A stretch of DNA of 64,000 bases, taken from positions 165,106,001 through 165,170,000 of the forward strand of contig OZ024740.1 of NCBI GenBank assembly GCA_964016885.1, in the 5' to 3' direction. Positions 13,016 through 29,025 of the stretch are shown piece after piece. The position numbers and the translations under genes are program-made. The stretch comes from Eledone cirrhosa (Eukaryota). The notes beneath the pieces are model-generated. The model was not told the origin of the DNA. It worked only from the letters and a program-made list of their open reading frames with translations, and did not search any database. Position 1 is the first letter of the stretch, and the number at the start of each line of letters is the position of its first letter.

Positions 13016-16000
13016 TATATATATGTATATATATATATATGTATGTATATATATATATATACATAGCCAGGAATTGTTTGCATATATATATATATATATG
13101 CAAGAAAGAGATATAGACCAAATTCGCGTACACAAAAAGATTCATATACAACAAGGTCACCGGGATGCAAGACGCAAATATATATATATTATTGAAATAT
13201 GTGCAGATATGCAAACGTTTATTTAATGCACATAACAATGCACGTGGGGAGGTGCATGCGTGTATTTGGATGTGTGTATGCAGGTGTTTTTGTCATATTC
13301 ATTTTCTCGCTTATAAGAGTATTAACGAATTCATGTGAATATGTATATAACATCTTTTTTTTTATAACTGGCGGGAGAATGTTTTCTTTTATAATGTGTA
13401 GGGTTAATTACGTTGCCTGATCTAAGCCCTAATACACTTTATTTATTTGGCCCAGATGTTTGGCGTAAATCCTCGTTGAAACTTGAAAAAAAATAACTGT
13501 GTTATACAGAACACGATCTATTCTATACTGTTCGAGTGGACCATCTGTTGTCTGAACTATCACTCCACTAGATATGACTATCCGTGATAAATAGTGTATA
13601 TTTACGGGAGTGGGAGACCTATGGATTTATAGATAAAGTTGGTTGGATTCAAGACCTATGCCATTGCTGGCTACCTCCACTGAAGCAATTGGACGTATGA
13701 ACCGAATAAAATACTCGACAATTACAGAGATGTGTCACCACATTCTGCATTGCTAGAGGAGTAAGTGGAAGTTAACTGTATAGGGGTAACGACTTAAAAG
13801 TATTCTCTGACTGAATCCCACTTTCTATTTCACAGTACGTCATCAACACGCCAACCACACTTTTGTTGAAACAGTTACAGCAACGTTGGAAATGTTGCAG
13901 TTTTTATTTCTATTCCGAGATTATAAGCATCACACGGGAAGTGACAGTAAAAATGGAAACGTCTTGGTAAACACTCATTATTTTGAACTGAGTACAAACT
14001 TTGCTATTTCAACTATCTTTGCAAGATATCAACAAAGTTCGAAGGAACAAAATATTAAATGGAGATATGCAACAGTGTGGGAGTGAATTTGATATTGACT
14101 ATTCTGAACAGTGAAATATCTTCATACCAAAGCTATATAATTTTCAACTATTGCTGGGGTTTGATAGGGAAGTATTCACAGATGAGAAGCTCTAGTCATA
14201 CACAAATATGACTCATCCTTGCCTATATATCTCAATTTTACTTTTACTCAATTGACTTTCGTAATTATCACACATTTTGGCCACCTAACATGTTAGATTT
14301 CTGAATGTTTCTTTCTAACTGTTCTAACAACTGCGTGTACTCACATACACATAGACCTAGACACACACACAGAAACCCACATATACACATAGATAGAAAC
14401 ATAAACACACATAAATAGTCATCTGACAGCAAACACATACATAGGTAAATACAGAGAAACATACATATATGACACATCTTTTCCACAAGGGCGTCTTCCT
14501 ATTCCGGTACTAAAATGGTATTTTTCTCCGTCCTACGAGATTTAACTTATTTCAAAGACTTTTCCTTATGGAAGTTTACACAGCATTACTTTCCAAAGTT
14601 TGGCGCCAGCAAAGCAAAGGTCTATATCAACGATGAAGTATTAATAATACCGAATTAATTTCATATTTATTGAATCAACATCAACAGCAACAAAAATATC
14701 GACAATGGTAATTTTTTCTATTTCTAGCAGATCACGGGACTGCATAAAGGATTTCTACTATTCCACCCTACTGTTCACTGTAGGTGTTATAAAATATGCC
14801 TGAAGACTACGGAATGACGATGACTAAAACAGCCTTTATCATATGGTTGTTTAATCAGGACTCGCGTTAGACAGAGTAATAACAATACTAATTATTGACA
14901 TATGGTCACAAATGAAACAATAATAGAGGAAGGACTCTACATTTTTTCAGGAATGTTTCTAAGAATTATGTTTCGGAAAAAACACATGTCATTCTTTACC
15001 ACAAAGACAAACAATTCTACTACGGGCACACGCCTAACAGGAAATGAAATAATAGTGACATCATATCGACAATATAGATACTGGATAATATACAACAACC
15101 TATATAGATATATAGAATAACTAACAAGTCATAGTGGTAATATAAATATCAAATTTGAGATTTATATGACCAGATGTTGTTTAAGGTTGTTGGCTTCAAA
15201 CATTTATAAATATTATTTCAGCCTTAATAAGATAAGCGAAGGTTGATGTTGTCTTGACAAATTGTGGAATATGAAAATGCTGAAGACGCCGAACGCAGAA
15301 GGGGCTGTAAATATTGAGGTAATGCAAAAGGGAGATCATTTTGTTCACTATGCATCTGCTGCTTCCGCATCAATTGTAGGATGTGACAAGAAAAAAACAA
15401 AAAAAACAATAATTCTAAATATTTACAGCCTAGATACAAGGTAACACATTTTACAGAAGTGTTGTAGCTGATTAAATAGATCAGATTACTTGATTTCAAT
15501 TCCAGAAATACTGAAAAACAAAGGGTGACATAGTACGATTGAACTCGGAACGTAAAAAGAACTAAGAAAATATCGCAGCCATTTAATTGTGCTTGATGGT
15601 ATCAACGTCATCACCAGTCCTACAACAACATCAGCAGCAACAACATTATTTACGACAAAAAGGCAACAGTAATGAATATGGACAACACTTACAAAATATC
15701 GGGTTGAGGCGGGTGGTGGTGTGTGTGCGTGCGGTGGGGGGGGGGGGGGGGGGGGGCATCAATATAAGCCCTCAAGCTTCTGGAAAATTATGTCAAATGA
15801 CCCCCAAACACATATTACTGCCATTATATAGACGAAGAAATTGACTATTTAGTCCTAGAAATATACGAGGCCGTGACCATCCTATAATTATATATTATGA
15901 CGTAGTTTGTTTTACAAGATTACATTTTCTTAGGGCTAAGTAAAAAAAAAATACCAAACGAAAGACACTGGAGAGCATGCGGATGTCAAACTTTAATAAT

Positions 16001-16397
16001 ACTTAGTGGGTGTTGATAGCAAAATAAAAAAAGGGTTCAAATGCAGGAAAAAAGAATAAAAAATAAAACAGCGACAATAGCGGTAACATTAACAATAAAT
16101 ATAAGCATAAATGATGAGCAAAGATTGGGGAGATAAAATTATGGCGGAAGAATGAAAGAGGTACAAGGAGGAAGATAATGGATGAGATACTAACAATAAA
16201 TAAATCGTGTTGATGGGTTATTAACAGCTGGTTTAAATGAAATCTGAAACTCGTAAATCTCAGTTTAAAATGTATACACACTTAAGCGTGCGCGCCGACC
16301 CCTATGACAGTTACACACATATATACACATCCGAGACCTCCTAACATCTCTCAGAAATTCTACTCAAAGGTGTAATATTCTATTTTTTTGACACTCG

Positions 16398-16477
<80 letters not shown>

Positions 16478-16555
16478 CGCGCGCGCGCGTTAAGGGTGAA
16501 AGCAGCGAGATTCTTGCTTAAACTTTAATCTGTTCTTATAATATATATATATATA

Positions 16556-18169
16556 CAGTGCCCCGCAAAAGTTTACAACACAGGAAAAATTGGGTTTTAG
16601 GTATTTTTAATAAAGTTAGGGTAATGAAAATTTAACTACTGATAGAACATATAATGAGGCATTTAATGATACAATCATATTTTTTTTCAAATAACAAGGA
16701 AATAACTCATGAAGAAAAATCAATATTTTTATAACTCAATAAGTTTACAACACATTTTATATTTATCGCTTTTTTTCAAGAAAATTCTTAAATTTTCAGA
16801 TTTAAAATTCAGTAGAATGTTCTAGATTAAGTTTAAGGTAACTTCTAAGGACTATTAAAAACATTACGTCATTATTTGTCTGACAACCATCCTGTAAACA
16901 TTGACAACCATCCTGTAAACATTGACAATATGGGAAAAAATAAACTGATTGATCAAGATCTCCGTCAAAGCATTGTAGACCTTCATACAAATGGTGTTGG
17001 TTATAGAAAGATATCTTGTCAGTTAAATGTGCCATTGAGTTCAGTTGGTACTATAATTCGTCACTGGAAATCTCATCATTCCATCTGTCCTCTAATTAGT
17101 TCTGGTCGTCCTAGAAAGGTAACGGAACGTGCAGCTCGGTTATTGATGAGAAAGGTTGGCAACGAACCCCGGTGTACTCTTTAAAATCTTCAGGATGTGA
17201 CCTAGAAGAAAGTGGAGTAAAAGTGAGCACGGATACAATTAGTCGTTCACTTCGTCGATATAATATCTTCTCGAGCTCTCCAAGGAAAACACCACTTCTT
17301 ACGAGGAAACACGATCTTTGTCGATTAAACTTTGCAAATGAGCATCTCATCCAACCTGCGTCATTTTGGGAAGATGTACTTTAGTCGGACGAAACAAAAA
17401 TTGAACTTTTTGGTCGAAATTCTGTGGCAAAAGTCTGGAGAAAGAAAGTGTACTGAATATTCGCCGAAGAATACTATTCCAACTGTAAAATTTGGAGGTG
17501 GATCAATCATGGTCTGGGGTTGCTTTAGTGCCACAGGTGTAGGAAATATTGAAATAATAGAAGGAAGAATGGGTGGCGCTTATTATAGAGGTATTTTGCA
17601 AAGGAATTTACATCAAAGTGCACATTCTCTCAGCTTAAAGCCAGGTTGTTTTTTTCAACAAGATAATGATCCAAAGCATACTGCAAAGCTAACACAATCT
17701 TGGTTAAGTACGAATGGAATAAATGTTCTAAAATGGCCAAGTCAGTCTCAAGATGTTAACCCGATCGAAAATTTGTGGAGAGAACTGAAACACAGAATTC
17801 AAAAAAGGAAACCCCAAAATATCCCTGAACTAAAGAAAATTTGTTGTGAAGAAGGGAAAAATATTAGCCAAGAAACATGCAAGAAGTTTGAAGGAGGCTA
17901 CCCCAAACGCCTACAGGCTGTAATTAGCAACAAAGGTTACGCTACGAAATATTAAGAGATGATTTAATAAATGTGTTGTAAACTTTTGCGTTATAAAAGT
18001 ATTGATTTTTCTTAATGAGTCATTTCCTTGTTATTTTTTTAAAAATATGATTGTATCCTTAAATGCCTCATTATATGTTCTATCAGTAGTTAAATTTTCA
18101 TTACCCTAACTTTATTAAAAATACCTAAAACCACACTTTTCCTAATGCGTTGTAAACTTTTGCGGAGCA

Positions 18170-18172
<3 letters not shown>
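16556..18172 (+). mobile_element. Tc1-family DNA transposon, IR/DR type, full length
   Basis: TA-flanked CAGTG...CACTG ends; ~200-bp TIRs, each with two copies of aagtttacaac; encodes a transposase. Confidence 0.96.
16930..17955 (+). pseudogene. Tc1 DD34E transposase with frameshifts and stops
   Basis: MGKNKLIDQDLRQSIVDLH, SGRPRKVT, *SDETKIELFG, GGGSIMVWGCF, FQQDNDPKH, WPSQSQDVNPIENLW, KGYATKY*. Confidence 0.93.
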
Positions 18173-18204
<32 letters not shown>

Positions 18205-18282
18205 GGAGGTGAGTTTTATTGTAGTACAATAAAGCAATGCAGATATCGGATAATAAGCACTCTACAGTTTGTAGGACTGGAG

Positions 18283-19399
18283 TATGTTAACTTTAAATCT
18301 AACCATCCTACTAATATCAAGAATGCTATAGTTAGTAATATTGGAATAAGAATATCTAACCTATCTTCTAATAAAAACATCTTTGATGCTAACGCCAATT
18401 ACTATAATAACGCGCTTTCTAAAGCCGGCTATCCTGATAAAATTAAATATAGTAAAGAAACAAATTCTAGAAGAAATTACAGTAGAATAATTAATCATGA
18501 TCATTCCAATAACTTTAATAAAAGACCTAGATACAAAAACATAATCTGGTATAATGCTCCTTTCTCCATCTCTATTAATAACAATATTCCTAAATTATTC
18601 TTTAGTGCCTTAAATAAATACTTCCCTCCCTCACATATCTATAGTAAAATATTTAACAAACACACTATAAAATTTCCTATTCTACATCCTCCAACATTTC
18701 CAACATTATCTCTAAACACAACAATAAAATACTAAATACTAAATCTCTTCCTTCCAACACTGAATATCATAATAATAGTACTCCCGACGTCATTGTAAAC
18801 CCTAGACTAATTTCTACAAACCCAAATTCAACGTCAAACACAACTTCGCTAAATGTTCTTAATCCCATTCTAAATCAAGAAACTATTATTCCTATCGCAA
18901 ATAACTTCTCCAATCCAATTCCTTCTATAGATAACACTAGGTCACTCATTAATAATCTCTCTAATAGCAATTGCAATTGCCCTATTAAAAATAAATGTCC
19001 TCTCAACAACCATTGTCTTGATAAAAACTTAATTTACGAATGTAAAGTTATAACTGACACCAATCCTTCACCTATTTTGGCCCCACTTCCACCTCTTTTA
19101 AAGCTCGTCTTTATAACCATCATTCGTCTTTTAAATACAAACTTAAAAGAACCAACACGGCTCTCTCAGAACTCATATGGTCCTTGAAAGACAAAAATAT
19201 TAAATATAGCATCTTTTGGAAGAAGGTTCCTTCTGCGTCTACATACTTGAACAGTTCTCTATCCAAAATTTGCAATCTCTGTCTAAATGAAAAATTTACC
19301 ATTATTTCTAATTTAGATTCTATAATAAATAGACGCACTGACTTGTTTTATATCTGCTTGCATAAATTCCATAAAACATTTCACAAAGTATACAGCTAA
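18283..19399 (+). pseudogene. PLE RT-thumb/GIY-YIG remnant
   Basis: YVNFKSNHP..IRISNLSS, IIWYNAPFS, CNCPIKNKCPLNNHC, LIY..TYFG, CNLCLNEK..INRRTDLFYICLH; frameshifted. Confidence 0.88.
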
Positions 19400-20269
19400 T
19401 ATTCAATTCTTTATCAATTTAGAATCTTTTTCTCAAAGGCACACATATATATATATATATATACACTTCTTTTAAATATATACCCATCTTTCTACCTTAT
19501 TTCAAAGGTTATTATACATTCTATAATACTTGTTACTCATTCTACATCGCTCCTATTTATCACTTCCCTTTCTTCTCTTCTTCTTTTAATGTCTAACCCC
19601 TAATCTGTACCTGTTCTCACTCTTGCCTAACATAGAATCAATTATTACATAATACAATACATTCTTACTCTATATCACCTTGTACAAATCCTTCGTATAC
19701 ATATACACTTTTTTGACGTTAGATTATTCATCCTCAATTCATTATTCTTTTCTCCCTTTCATCTAACTCGTTCATGCTCATCTCACAATATTTCCTTATT
19801 TAAATAACCTGTTGTTCCTTTTAATAATACATATCAACATTTTCTTAACATCGCACATATTATTAAACGCTTAAATATTATTCTCAATACATATTAACAT
19901 TTTCTTTTTTCATCGCACATATTATCAAACCCCTCAATATACAAACCGTAACTTTACATTAATTTTCAAATTCTTTTAATTTATACATTATCTTCCAACG
20001 GTTTTCAACCTCTCTAAGTAAAAACAATATATCTTTCTCAGTTATAAAAGCTATCTCTCTCTCTCTATCACCCATCTCTCCTCCTATCTCATCCTTCCTC
20101 ATTATACTCCTCCCTCTCCACCTTCACTCTCATCTCCTCCTTTTTTTTTCATCCTCCCCCCCCCTCTAAATGAAATATTTTTCCCAATATCAATCTAAAA
20201 CTACTTCTCATATGTTGATTTAAAACTGAACTATCCACAAGTGTTTTTTTAACCTTCATATCATGTCTT

Positions 20270-20346
20270 CATGTTTTATCTGATGAAAACACAAATATTA
20301 TTGCATGATGATATTTGTTTTTGAAATGCGCATAATAAAATACATG
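20270..20346 (+). ncRNA. Type I hammerhead ribozyme
   Basis: catgttttat-CTGATGA-aaac acaaatatta ttgca tgatgatatttgt tttt-GAAA-TGCGCA-TA-ataaaatacatg; palindromic stem III ATGCGCAT; AUA triplet; overlaps AATAAA. Confidence 0.85.
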
Positions 20347-20370
20347 GAACTCTTTTAACCATCTTTTGTT

Positions 20371-20403
<33 letters not shown>

Positions 20404-20540
20404 TGTCCAGAATTAGCCGTCGAAACGGCTTGAGCTCAGCCGTCGGGGTCCTACTCGTTCCTATTACCCACTCTACTACCCTAATGATTGAGTACTTTGG
20501 TTCGTTATGGTCCACCTGGTTCCTTACCACATTTCCTTCG

Positions 20541-20574
<34 letters not shown>

Positions 20575-21327
20575 CTCTATTACGTGTTCCAGCCGACAGT
20601 CTGAGGCTATGCATATATGATGTTATTCTTTATTGCATTAATTGAAAAAATTCTAATATATATAAACAGTGTATTAGAAAACAGTTGGGAAATTATGCAT
20701 TAGTAAGAACACGAAGAAAATAAAGGAGTTAAATGTTTACATTTAAAATATATGAGGCTCAGAATGTTTCGGCTAAAATGCTCAGTAAGTATTTGAGTTT
20801 GAAGCGCAGACGTTTAGTTTAGTAAGTTGAATTCAAATAACATATGTGCTAACATGTACACACTGGAACTGGGGATAATGTTCTATGCGCTATTAATGTC
20901 AGGCGGTGTTGCAAGCGAACAAGAATTGGTGTCAAGAATATTACTAGGCCCAGAGTTGGCCAAGAGTGAATTTAGTCTGTTCCATCACATAACTTTGCGG
21001 ATTCATTGAAATTTGGTCTCAGAAGAATTCCTCAACTTCATAAGTTTGGAGCTTTGGCGGCAATTGGTAAAGAATGCTGGGCCTTAGTTGACGGATAGAT
21101 TTTGTAAAAGTTTTCAAAAGCAAGGGATACTATGTATTCATTACCAGTCACCGTCAGGTCATGCACACATACGGTCAGTCACATATACAATATGTTTATA
21201 TATAATAATTTAAGAGAGCAGGGTTGGTCATTGGATCTTATTTTTGCTTTGATACAAAATGTAACATTCAAATTCACTAGGAGAAACATTGATTGCTAGC
21301 CGATACTAGTTGATGATGTTAATCGTA

Positions 21328-21410
<83 letters not shown>

Positions 21411-22344
21411 CCCCCCCCCTCTCTCTCTCGCTTTCTTTCTAACTCTTACATTCACTCTCTCGTTTACTCGTTATGTCTCAATTTAACTTTTTTTTATCAC
21501 TTCAACACTTCATATAGTGTTGAGACACATATACACACAAACACACACACTCACACAACCGTGCATAAACAAAGTAGACACGCACAGATATTCATACACA
21601 CGCGCAAATCTTGTACAAGGAGCTACAATGAGTGAAGTGCCGAAAGATTCGAGCCAATGGCTTTATAAATCGAACAGAATTGAAGGAATCAAATATATGT
21701 ATAGCTGAAATTAGAGAATGTTATAGAACCTTCTCGGATTATACATTAAGGTGACGTCGTCGAAATCCCTTCAACATTTCTTTTAATAAATGAGGTATGG
21801 AAAGATTACATGTAATGAAAACGCAATTAATTGACGCTAATTATGAATATTAAACAATTTGACTGATGGGAAATAGTTTAGATGAGCGAGATTCGCATAT
21901 TAATTACTAGTTTTGTTGGGATTCACATATGTAATACATGGATTTGGAAACATTCGATCAAGAAATAAAGGAAATGTAGTGACGTTAATTATGTATATCA
22001 AAAATATTGCTGACAAAACATAACTCAGAGAAGCATTTTGTATACTGATTACAACGTTAGGCTTATATGCACACAAATGTATGTGTACAAATGTAAATGG
22101 CACTATATTAGCAGTCTTTCGTGTAGAAAAGTTCGTGCGTAGGATTTTATGGATATTTGGTGAATTTATCTTCATATAAACAAGCACAAACAAGCATATA
22201 CTTATAGACACAAGGGCGCGCATACACAAACACACACACATATACAACAAATAGTTCGTTTCTTATCACATATACATCTATGAATATATATATGTATGTA
22301 CTAAAACATATATATGTGTATATATATATACACACATATATATT

Positions 22345-22382
<38 letters not shown>

Positions 22383-22427
22383 TATACACATATATATACA
22401 TGTATATATATATATGTATATATATAT

Positions 22428-22481
<54 letters not shown>

Positions 22482-22538
22482 ATGCATATATATATATATA
22501 GGTATATATATATGTATATATATGTATATATATGTATA

Positions 22539-22629
<91 letters not shown>

Positions 22630-22656
22630 ATGCATATATATATGCATATATATATG

Positions 22657-22687
<31 letters not shown>

Positions 22688-23091
22688 ATGTATGTATAAA
22701 TGTAGACGCACACATACACACATACACATATAATAATTGAATATGTTTGTCCTGAGTTTGTGCGTGTTTGTGTGTGTGTATACGTGTGTGTATTTACGTA
22801 TATAGTACGGCATATGCAACCCAGACATTGATTTACAATGACATAAACAGCAGATGTGTTACCAAAACAAGGGGAAAAAAGGGAGGGCTGGATATTTTAA
22901 TAAGCAGGAAATGATTTTTAAATGATATCATTTAGCCATTCTGAAAGTCTTTAGTGAGTTTTGAATATAAAGAGAAAAAACTGATAAAGAGGGAGAAATA
23001 GAACTACTTGACATGATTTTAATGGGCGCTCAGTAATGGTGGATGTTAAGTAGGAACTGATGATAAAAAGAACATTAAGTATCATTATTGA

Positions 23092-23132
<41 letters not shown>

Positions 23133-23135
23133 TTT

Positions 23136-23166
<31 letters not shown>

Positions 23167-23714
23167 TGTTTTTATCATTTATAATAGAAAAATAGCAATA
23201 ATAATAATAATGATAATAATATATATAATATTAATGACAGTGATATACCCATTTTTATTATTTCCTTGTTATTAAGAGGTCTGGTGAAATATAAGCTGAC
23301 AACAACTTTTAGCCGGCCCATTAATTGTGACAACAGTCAATTGCTTCCTAATTTGTTAATATCAGTAACTAATATCAATTAATGATGCACGAATGATCAT
23401 ACAAAAAAGCAGTCTTACACATACACAAACACATTCATACATGGAAATACGTGCGATTTTTATTGTCATATACGCTATAAGAAGCTAAAATTATACAGAC
23501 ATAGATATGTTTTGAAAAAAGAAATATTACATCAATATCACTTATTGTTTATCTCACTATCTTCTGCATCTTGTCTAGTGTCAAAAAGAGAGATATGAGA
23601 TCCATGTGTCGATATTCGGATTAGAAGCGGTTGAAAGGTTTTCACTTCGAACATAGAAACCCTATATGTATTGAGTATTCTATAACTCATTTGGCCACAC
23701 AACGGATACATATC

Positions 23715-23828
<114 letters not shown>

Positions 23829-23837
23829 TATTTTTAT

Positions 23838-23883
<46 letters not shown>

Positions 23884-23932
23884 TTTTATACACACACACA
23901 TATATATATATATATAGATATATAAGTGTGTG

Positions 23933-24043
<111 letters not shown>

Positions 24044-24099
24044 AATAGATAAAGATAGATAACAAAAATAACAAAACAAACGGCACAGTAAATGGACAA

Positions 24100-24290
24100 A
24101 ATATACTAGTTTAACGCTTGAAATAGCAGGAAGTGAGTCTTAACATTTCGGACACTAGTCCTACATTAGAAGATAAAGTTAGAAATAGAAGATAAATGAA
24201 ACGTAAAAGATGATGAGAGGCAGGAACGAGAAAAATATTAGGGAGAAAAAAATACACTTGCGAATTTAGTCGGCCATCTTTGAGATATAT
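24100..24290 (-). mobile_element. Short PLE-derived insert with decayed hammerhead
   Basis: Minus strand: tctt-CTAATGT-agga ctagtg tcc-GAAAT-GTT-aaga; homologous to 43360-43510. Confidence 0.5.
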
Positions 24291-25580
24291 ATGTGTGTGT
24301 GCGTGCGTGTGTTTGTGTGCATGGAGAGAGAGGGAGGATGAAGAAAGATTGAGAATGACAGAATAGGGAGGAAAAAGCTGCATAGTATTTCTCGTAAAGA
24401 ATTATTTAAAAATTAGAAAGAACAAAGACGACATAAGATGTACGCGAGCAGTGTCAACAAATGGGAAAATGATATGAACTTAAAGCAACAAAAAGCAGGG
24501 ACTTTCCTCTCACTCCACCTAGCTATCAGATATCTTCAAAGCTTCAGCATAAAAGACAGTACTACTCCATTTGACAGTGCCAGCAAAGCAATGTCAAAAA
24601 CTAGTCTTGACACTATAAACGACGCAAAATTAGTAACGAACAAGAATAAAACAGAACAAAACGGATAACAGAACGTAAGTCAAGTATACCACAGATAATG
24701 AATAAATATAACATATTTAAAAATATAATTAATCATATATTTATATAATACTCATTACAGTTTAAGCAACACATCATAAATGAGCAAAAGGAAATGCTAA
24801 AGAAGAAAAGTGCAAGCATTAAGATGTTCATAAATAAGATTAACCGTTATCATGAACAAGGCGAGAAAACATCTGTAATGCTCTGAATAATATTGCTGCT
24901 CAGTCTGAGAAGATCGAAGGCTAAACAAGGATAAGAACCAACTAATGGGTTTCTATGTTTGAAGGTGGTAAGTCAATGATCAAGAAGGATAAAAATCATT
25001 TATTATATGTAGCTGACTCACCCTTAAACAAAATTAAACCAACATAGCAACCTCTACTCTAGTCATTCGACTTGCTAGAAATAATATCCATATTTCAAAC
25101 AAATCACACCACAAAAGCTGGGGAAGACAGTATATAATTGTAGTCCTAAATACACAATATTTGAATAGCAACTGAAATACTTTAATCTAAAAACACTTTG
25201 ATCGCAGGACTACGCAGCAAGGGTTAGCCTGGGATTAAACAACAAGGACAAGAATTATAATAACACCAGCAACAGCAGGCCCTAATCATTCAACATGTCC
25301 TTCTAACTAGGTTAGTCAATATGTTTATAAAACAGAAATCTTGAACAGGAAAACTGATTAATAAAATCAAATCTATAGGAAATTGTAGTCGGCAAATATT
25401 TGGAATTAGCATTAAATATGATTTATAATCGTATAAAAGGAAGAAAGTCGACACTTTTAAATACTTTGCTGAGTTCAAAGATTTCATATGTTGTTTAACG
25501 CTATTTGTTGAATTTTGGAGGGCGTCTTTATTTTTTCCTTGAAGTTTCTCAGTGTATGTATGAATCTGTCTCTTTATTCC

Positions 25581-25621
<41 letters not shown>

Positions 25622-25631
<10 letters not shown>

Positions 25632-25944
25632 AGGATAAAAAGGACGATTGATTATTCCTTCATTGCATTTATTGATACGTGACGCGCGTTTCGCCACTGA
25701 TCAGCTCAAGGTTCGATCTATATCGATCTTACCCGACTCAATAATCCGCAGCTCGACGGACCTTCCTGAAATGCTATAAGATTCTTTTTATAGCATTTCA
25801 GGAAGGTCCGTCGAGCTGCGGATTATTGAGTCGGGTAAGATCGATATAGATCGAACCTTGAGCTGATCAGTGGCGAAACGTGCGTCACGTATCAATAAAT
25901 GCAATGAAGGAATAATCAATCGTCCTTTTTATCCTTTCTATATA
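25622..25944. repeat. Near-perfect ~155-bp-arm palindrome (fold-back pLTR end) with a hammerhead 3' half
   Basis: Arms at 25622-25779 and 25788-25944 with one visible mismatch; contains GAAAC-GYGC-GTC followed by AATAAA. Confidence 0.9.
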
Positions 25945-26039
25945 TTACACTCTGTATAGCTCTACACATCATCACAGAAGTGAACCTAAACATCGAGTGC
26001 TCACCCGGGTGAACCTGCAGTAACTCCTAGTTACACCCC

Positions 26040-26699
26040 AAGGATAATATTGCTAAAAAAATTTTTTATATCCTAGAGAAAAACTTCCCGCCAAACCACA
26101 AATACCATCAAATCTTAAATAGGTCTACAGTTAAATTCTCATACTCTACAACAAATAACATAAAACAAAATATAAGTGCCTATAATGCATATAAATGTAA
26201 GAAAACCATAAGTATACCACCAGTACATCAAATTAACCATAATATCTCCTCAAATACAGAATTAACGAAAGGTTGTAACTGTAGAAACAAAGCAAACTGC
26301 CCATTAAAAGGGAATTGTCTTGTTAACAACATAGTCTATAAATGTAATGTTAAAACTAAAGATTCTATTTGCTCATATATAGGAGCTACCTCTAACAATT
26401 TTAAGACAAGGTTTAATACCCACAAGCATAGTTTTAAAAATGCCGCACTGGCTAATACAACATCTCTAGCAGAAAAAATCAATAGTTATAAAAATAAGAA
26501 TATAGAATATGATTTGACCTGGAGTGTGCTCAAAAGAGCCACCCCTTATCAAAATAATAGAAATGAATGTAGATTATGTTCCCAAGAACTATTTGAAATA
26601 ATGAAATCTAAGGATATCCTATTAAATAAACGACAGGAATTAATTATATCGTGTAATCATAAACTAAAAAAAACAGTTAAATATTATAAACCTAATTAA
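26040..26699 (+). pseudogene. 5'-truncated Naiad PLE GIY-YIG region with an uninterrupted ~219-codon frame
   Basis: KDNIAKKIFYILEKNFPPNHKYHQILNRSTVKFSYS..GCNCRNKANCPLKGNC..IVY..SYIG..CRLC..LLNKRQELIISCNH; no start codon, so mostly missed by the ORF track. Confidence 0.9.
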
Positions 26700-28024
26700 T
26701 AACATTATTTTAGAAATTAATTTAATTTAAATGTTAGTTAACCTATAAATTTAATTTAATTAAAATTCTATTACAGATGAGAATATAAAATATTATGTAA
26801 TCATAAATTGTGAAAAAACCTTTAAATATTACTAATATATACTTAGTAATTTAATTTATAGATTAATTTTAATTTATTTAAACCTTTTATTATAATTCTT
26901 TTACAGATAAAATATAACAAAATATCGTGTATCCAATGACAGAGAAATAATTTTTAGTATTATAGACCTAATTAATATACATTTTAGAAATATATTTATA
27001 ATTTGGTTTTAATTTTAGTCAACCTAAAAATTTAATTTAATTGGCTTAAAATTAGTATCCTTATACAGACGAATTGCAGAATGTCATGTAATCATAGAAT
27101 GGGATGTGTTTTGGATATATACCTAGTTAATATATTCTTTGCAATTTTTGAAAAAATATGTATATGTATATGTGTATGTGTATGTGTATGTGTGTGTATA
27201 TGTGTATATATGTGTATATATATATGTATATATATGTGTATATATATGTGTGTATGTATATGTATATATATATGTATTAATTTTGATTTCTATTTGCATA
27301 TAATTATATTCTGCTATTGATAAAATACAATATCTGTTTTATTTATTATATACCTAATTAACATATACTATAGAAATAAATATATAATTTTTAATTTAGT
27401 TAACCTATAATTTATATTCTACTACCGATGTAATACTTTATTTGTTTTTTCCCTATTACTAAATTCATTTCCTAATATTGATACCATAACGTTATTAACT
27501 TTAATTTAGTTATACTATAATTAATACTCTACTACTATTTAACTTCAAAATTCTGCTTCAAATATTATAAACCTAACTAATTTACACCTTAGAAATCAAT
27601 ATGTTAACTATCTTTAGTTTAGTTAACATATAATTAATGGTATACTTATTTATTTTGAAATGCATAAATTTTGCCTTATTTCTTGTTTATTGTATTTCCT
27701 AACACTGAAACTATGTAAAAAAGCATACATTGGATCCAGATACGGATAATATTCTATGTTTCTTGAAACATATATTTACTATAATCCCCTTCTCCAACCC
27801 CCCCCCCCTTTCCCCCATACTATTATCATCTGTGTTTGTAAGCGTGTATGTATGAATATATATGTAGGTAGGTGTATATATGTTTGGGTATTTATATCTG
27901 AATATAAAAATACATATATGCGCATGCAAATAAGAATGTAAGATTGTGTGTGTATATATATGTGGGTATGTATGTGTATATGTGTATATATGCATGTGTA
28001 TATATATGTGTATGTGTTTGTGTG

Positions 28025-28097
<73 letters not shown>

Positions 28098-28344
28098 ATG
28101 TATGTATGTATATGTGTGCGTGTATATATATGTATGTCTCTCTATTTATATGTCTATCTTCGTTTCTATGTGGATATATGTGTATGTGTACTTGTATACA
28201 CATATATGTGTTTATGTGTATATGTGTGTATGTGTATATATGTGTGTGTGCACACACATATATATGTGAGTGTGTATATGTGTGTGTGTATATGTATGTG
28301 TATATATATATATATATCTATGTGTGTATATATGTCTATATTCG

Positions 28345-28393
<49 letters not shown>

Positions 28394-28610
28394 TTATTAT
28401 TTATTATTATAATATAACTTATGTGTATGTGTGTATATGTGAGGGTGTGTATATGTATATATATGTGTATATATATGTGTAAAAAAATATATATGTGCAT
28501 GTCTGTTTTTTATGTGTGTGTATATATATATATGTGTATATATATGTATATGTGGGTGTTTGTATGTGTATTTATGGTTGTATGTGTGTGTGGGTATATA
28601 TATATAAGTG

Positions 28611-28647
<37 letters not shown>

Positions 28648-28972
28648 ATATATATCTCTATTAATGCGTGTATATATGTATATGTATATGCCTTTTTCTT
28701 TGTATGTCTGAGTTGGGTGAGGGTGTAGTGGTGTTTCTATGTATATACGCATATATGGATGCGTATGTATTTGTATATATGAGTATATGTAAGTGCGTAT
28801 GTATGTATGATTATATATCTAATTCTATGTATGAGTATATATGTGTGTATGTATGTTGTGTGTGTATGTATGTATATGTCTATGTGTGTATATATATATG
28901 TATGTATGTGTGTGTATGTATCTGTGTATGTATGTACATATATGTCTATGTATGTGTGTATGTATATGTATG

Positions 28973-29025
<53 letters not shown>

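Larger units (their letters stand above)
18201..20372 (+). mobile_element. 5'-truncated Naiad-type PLE with 3' UTR and hammerhead
   Basis: Flanked by (TA)n; coding remnant at 18283-19399; pyrimidine-rich UTR; hammerhead and AATAAA at the 3' end; short inverted piece at 18201-18285. Confidence 0.85.

Noticed and set aside
14800-14835. CTGAAGA motif (also CGGAAGA..GAAAC near 46805-46850)
   Set aside because: No supporting stems or valid NUH geometry
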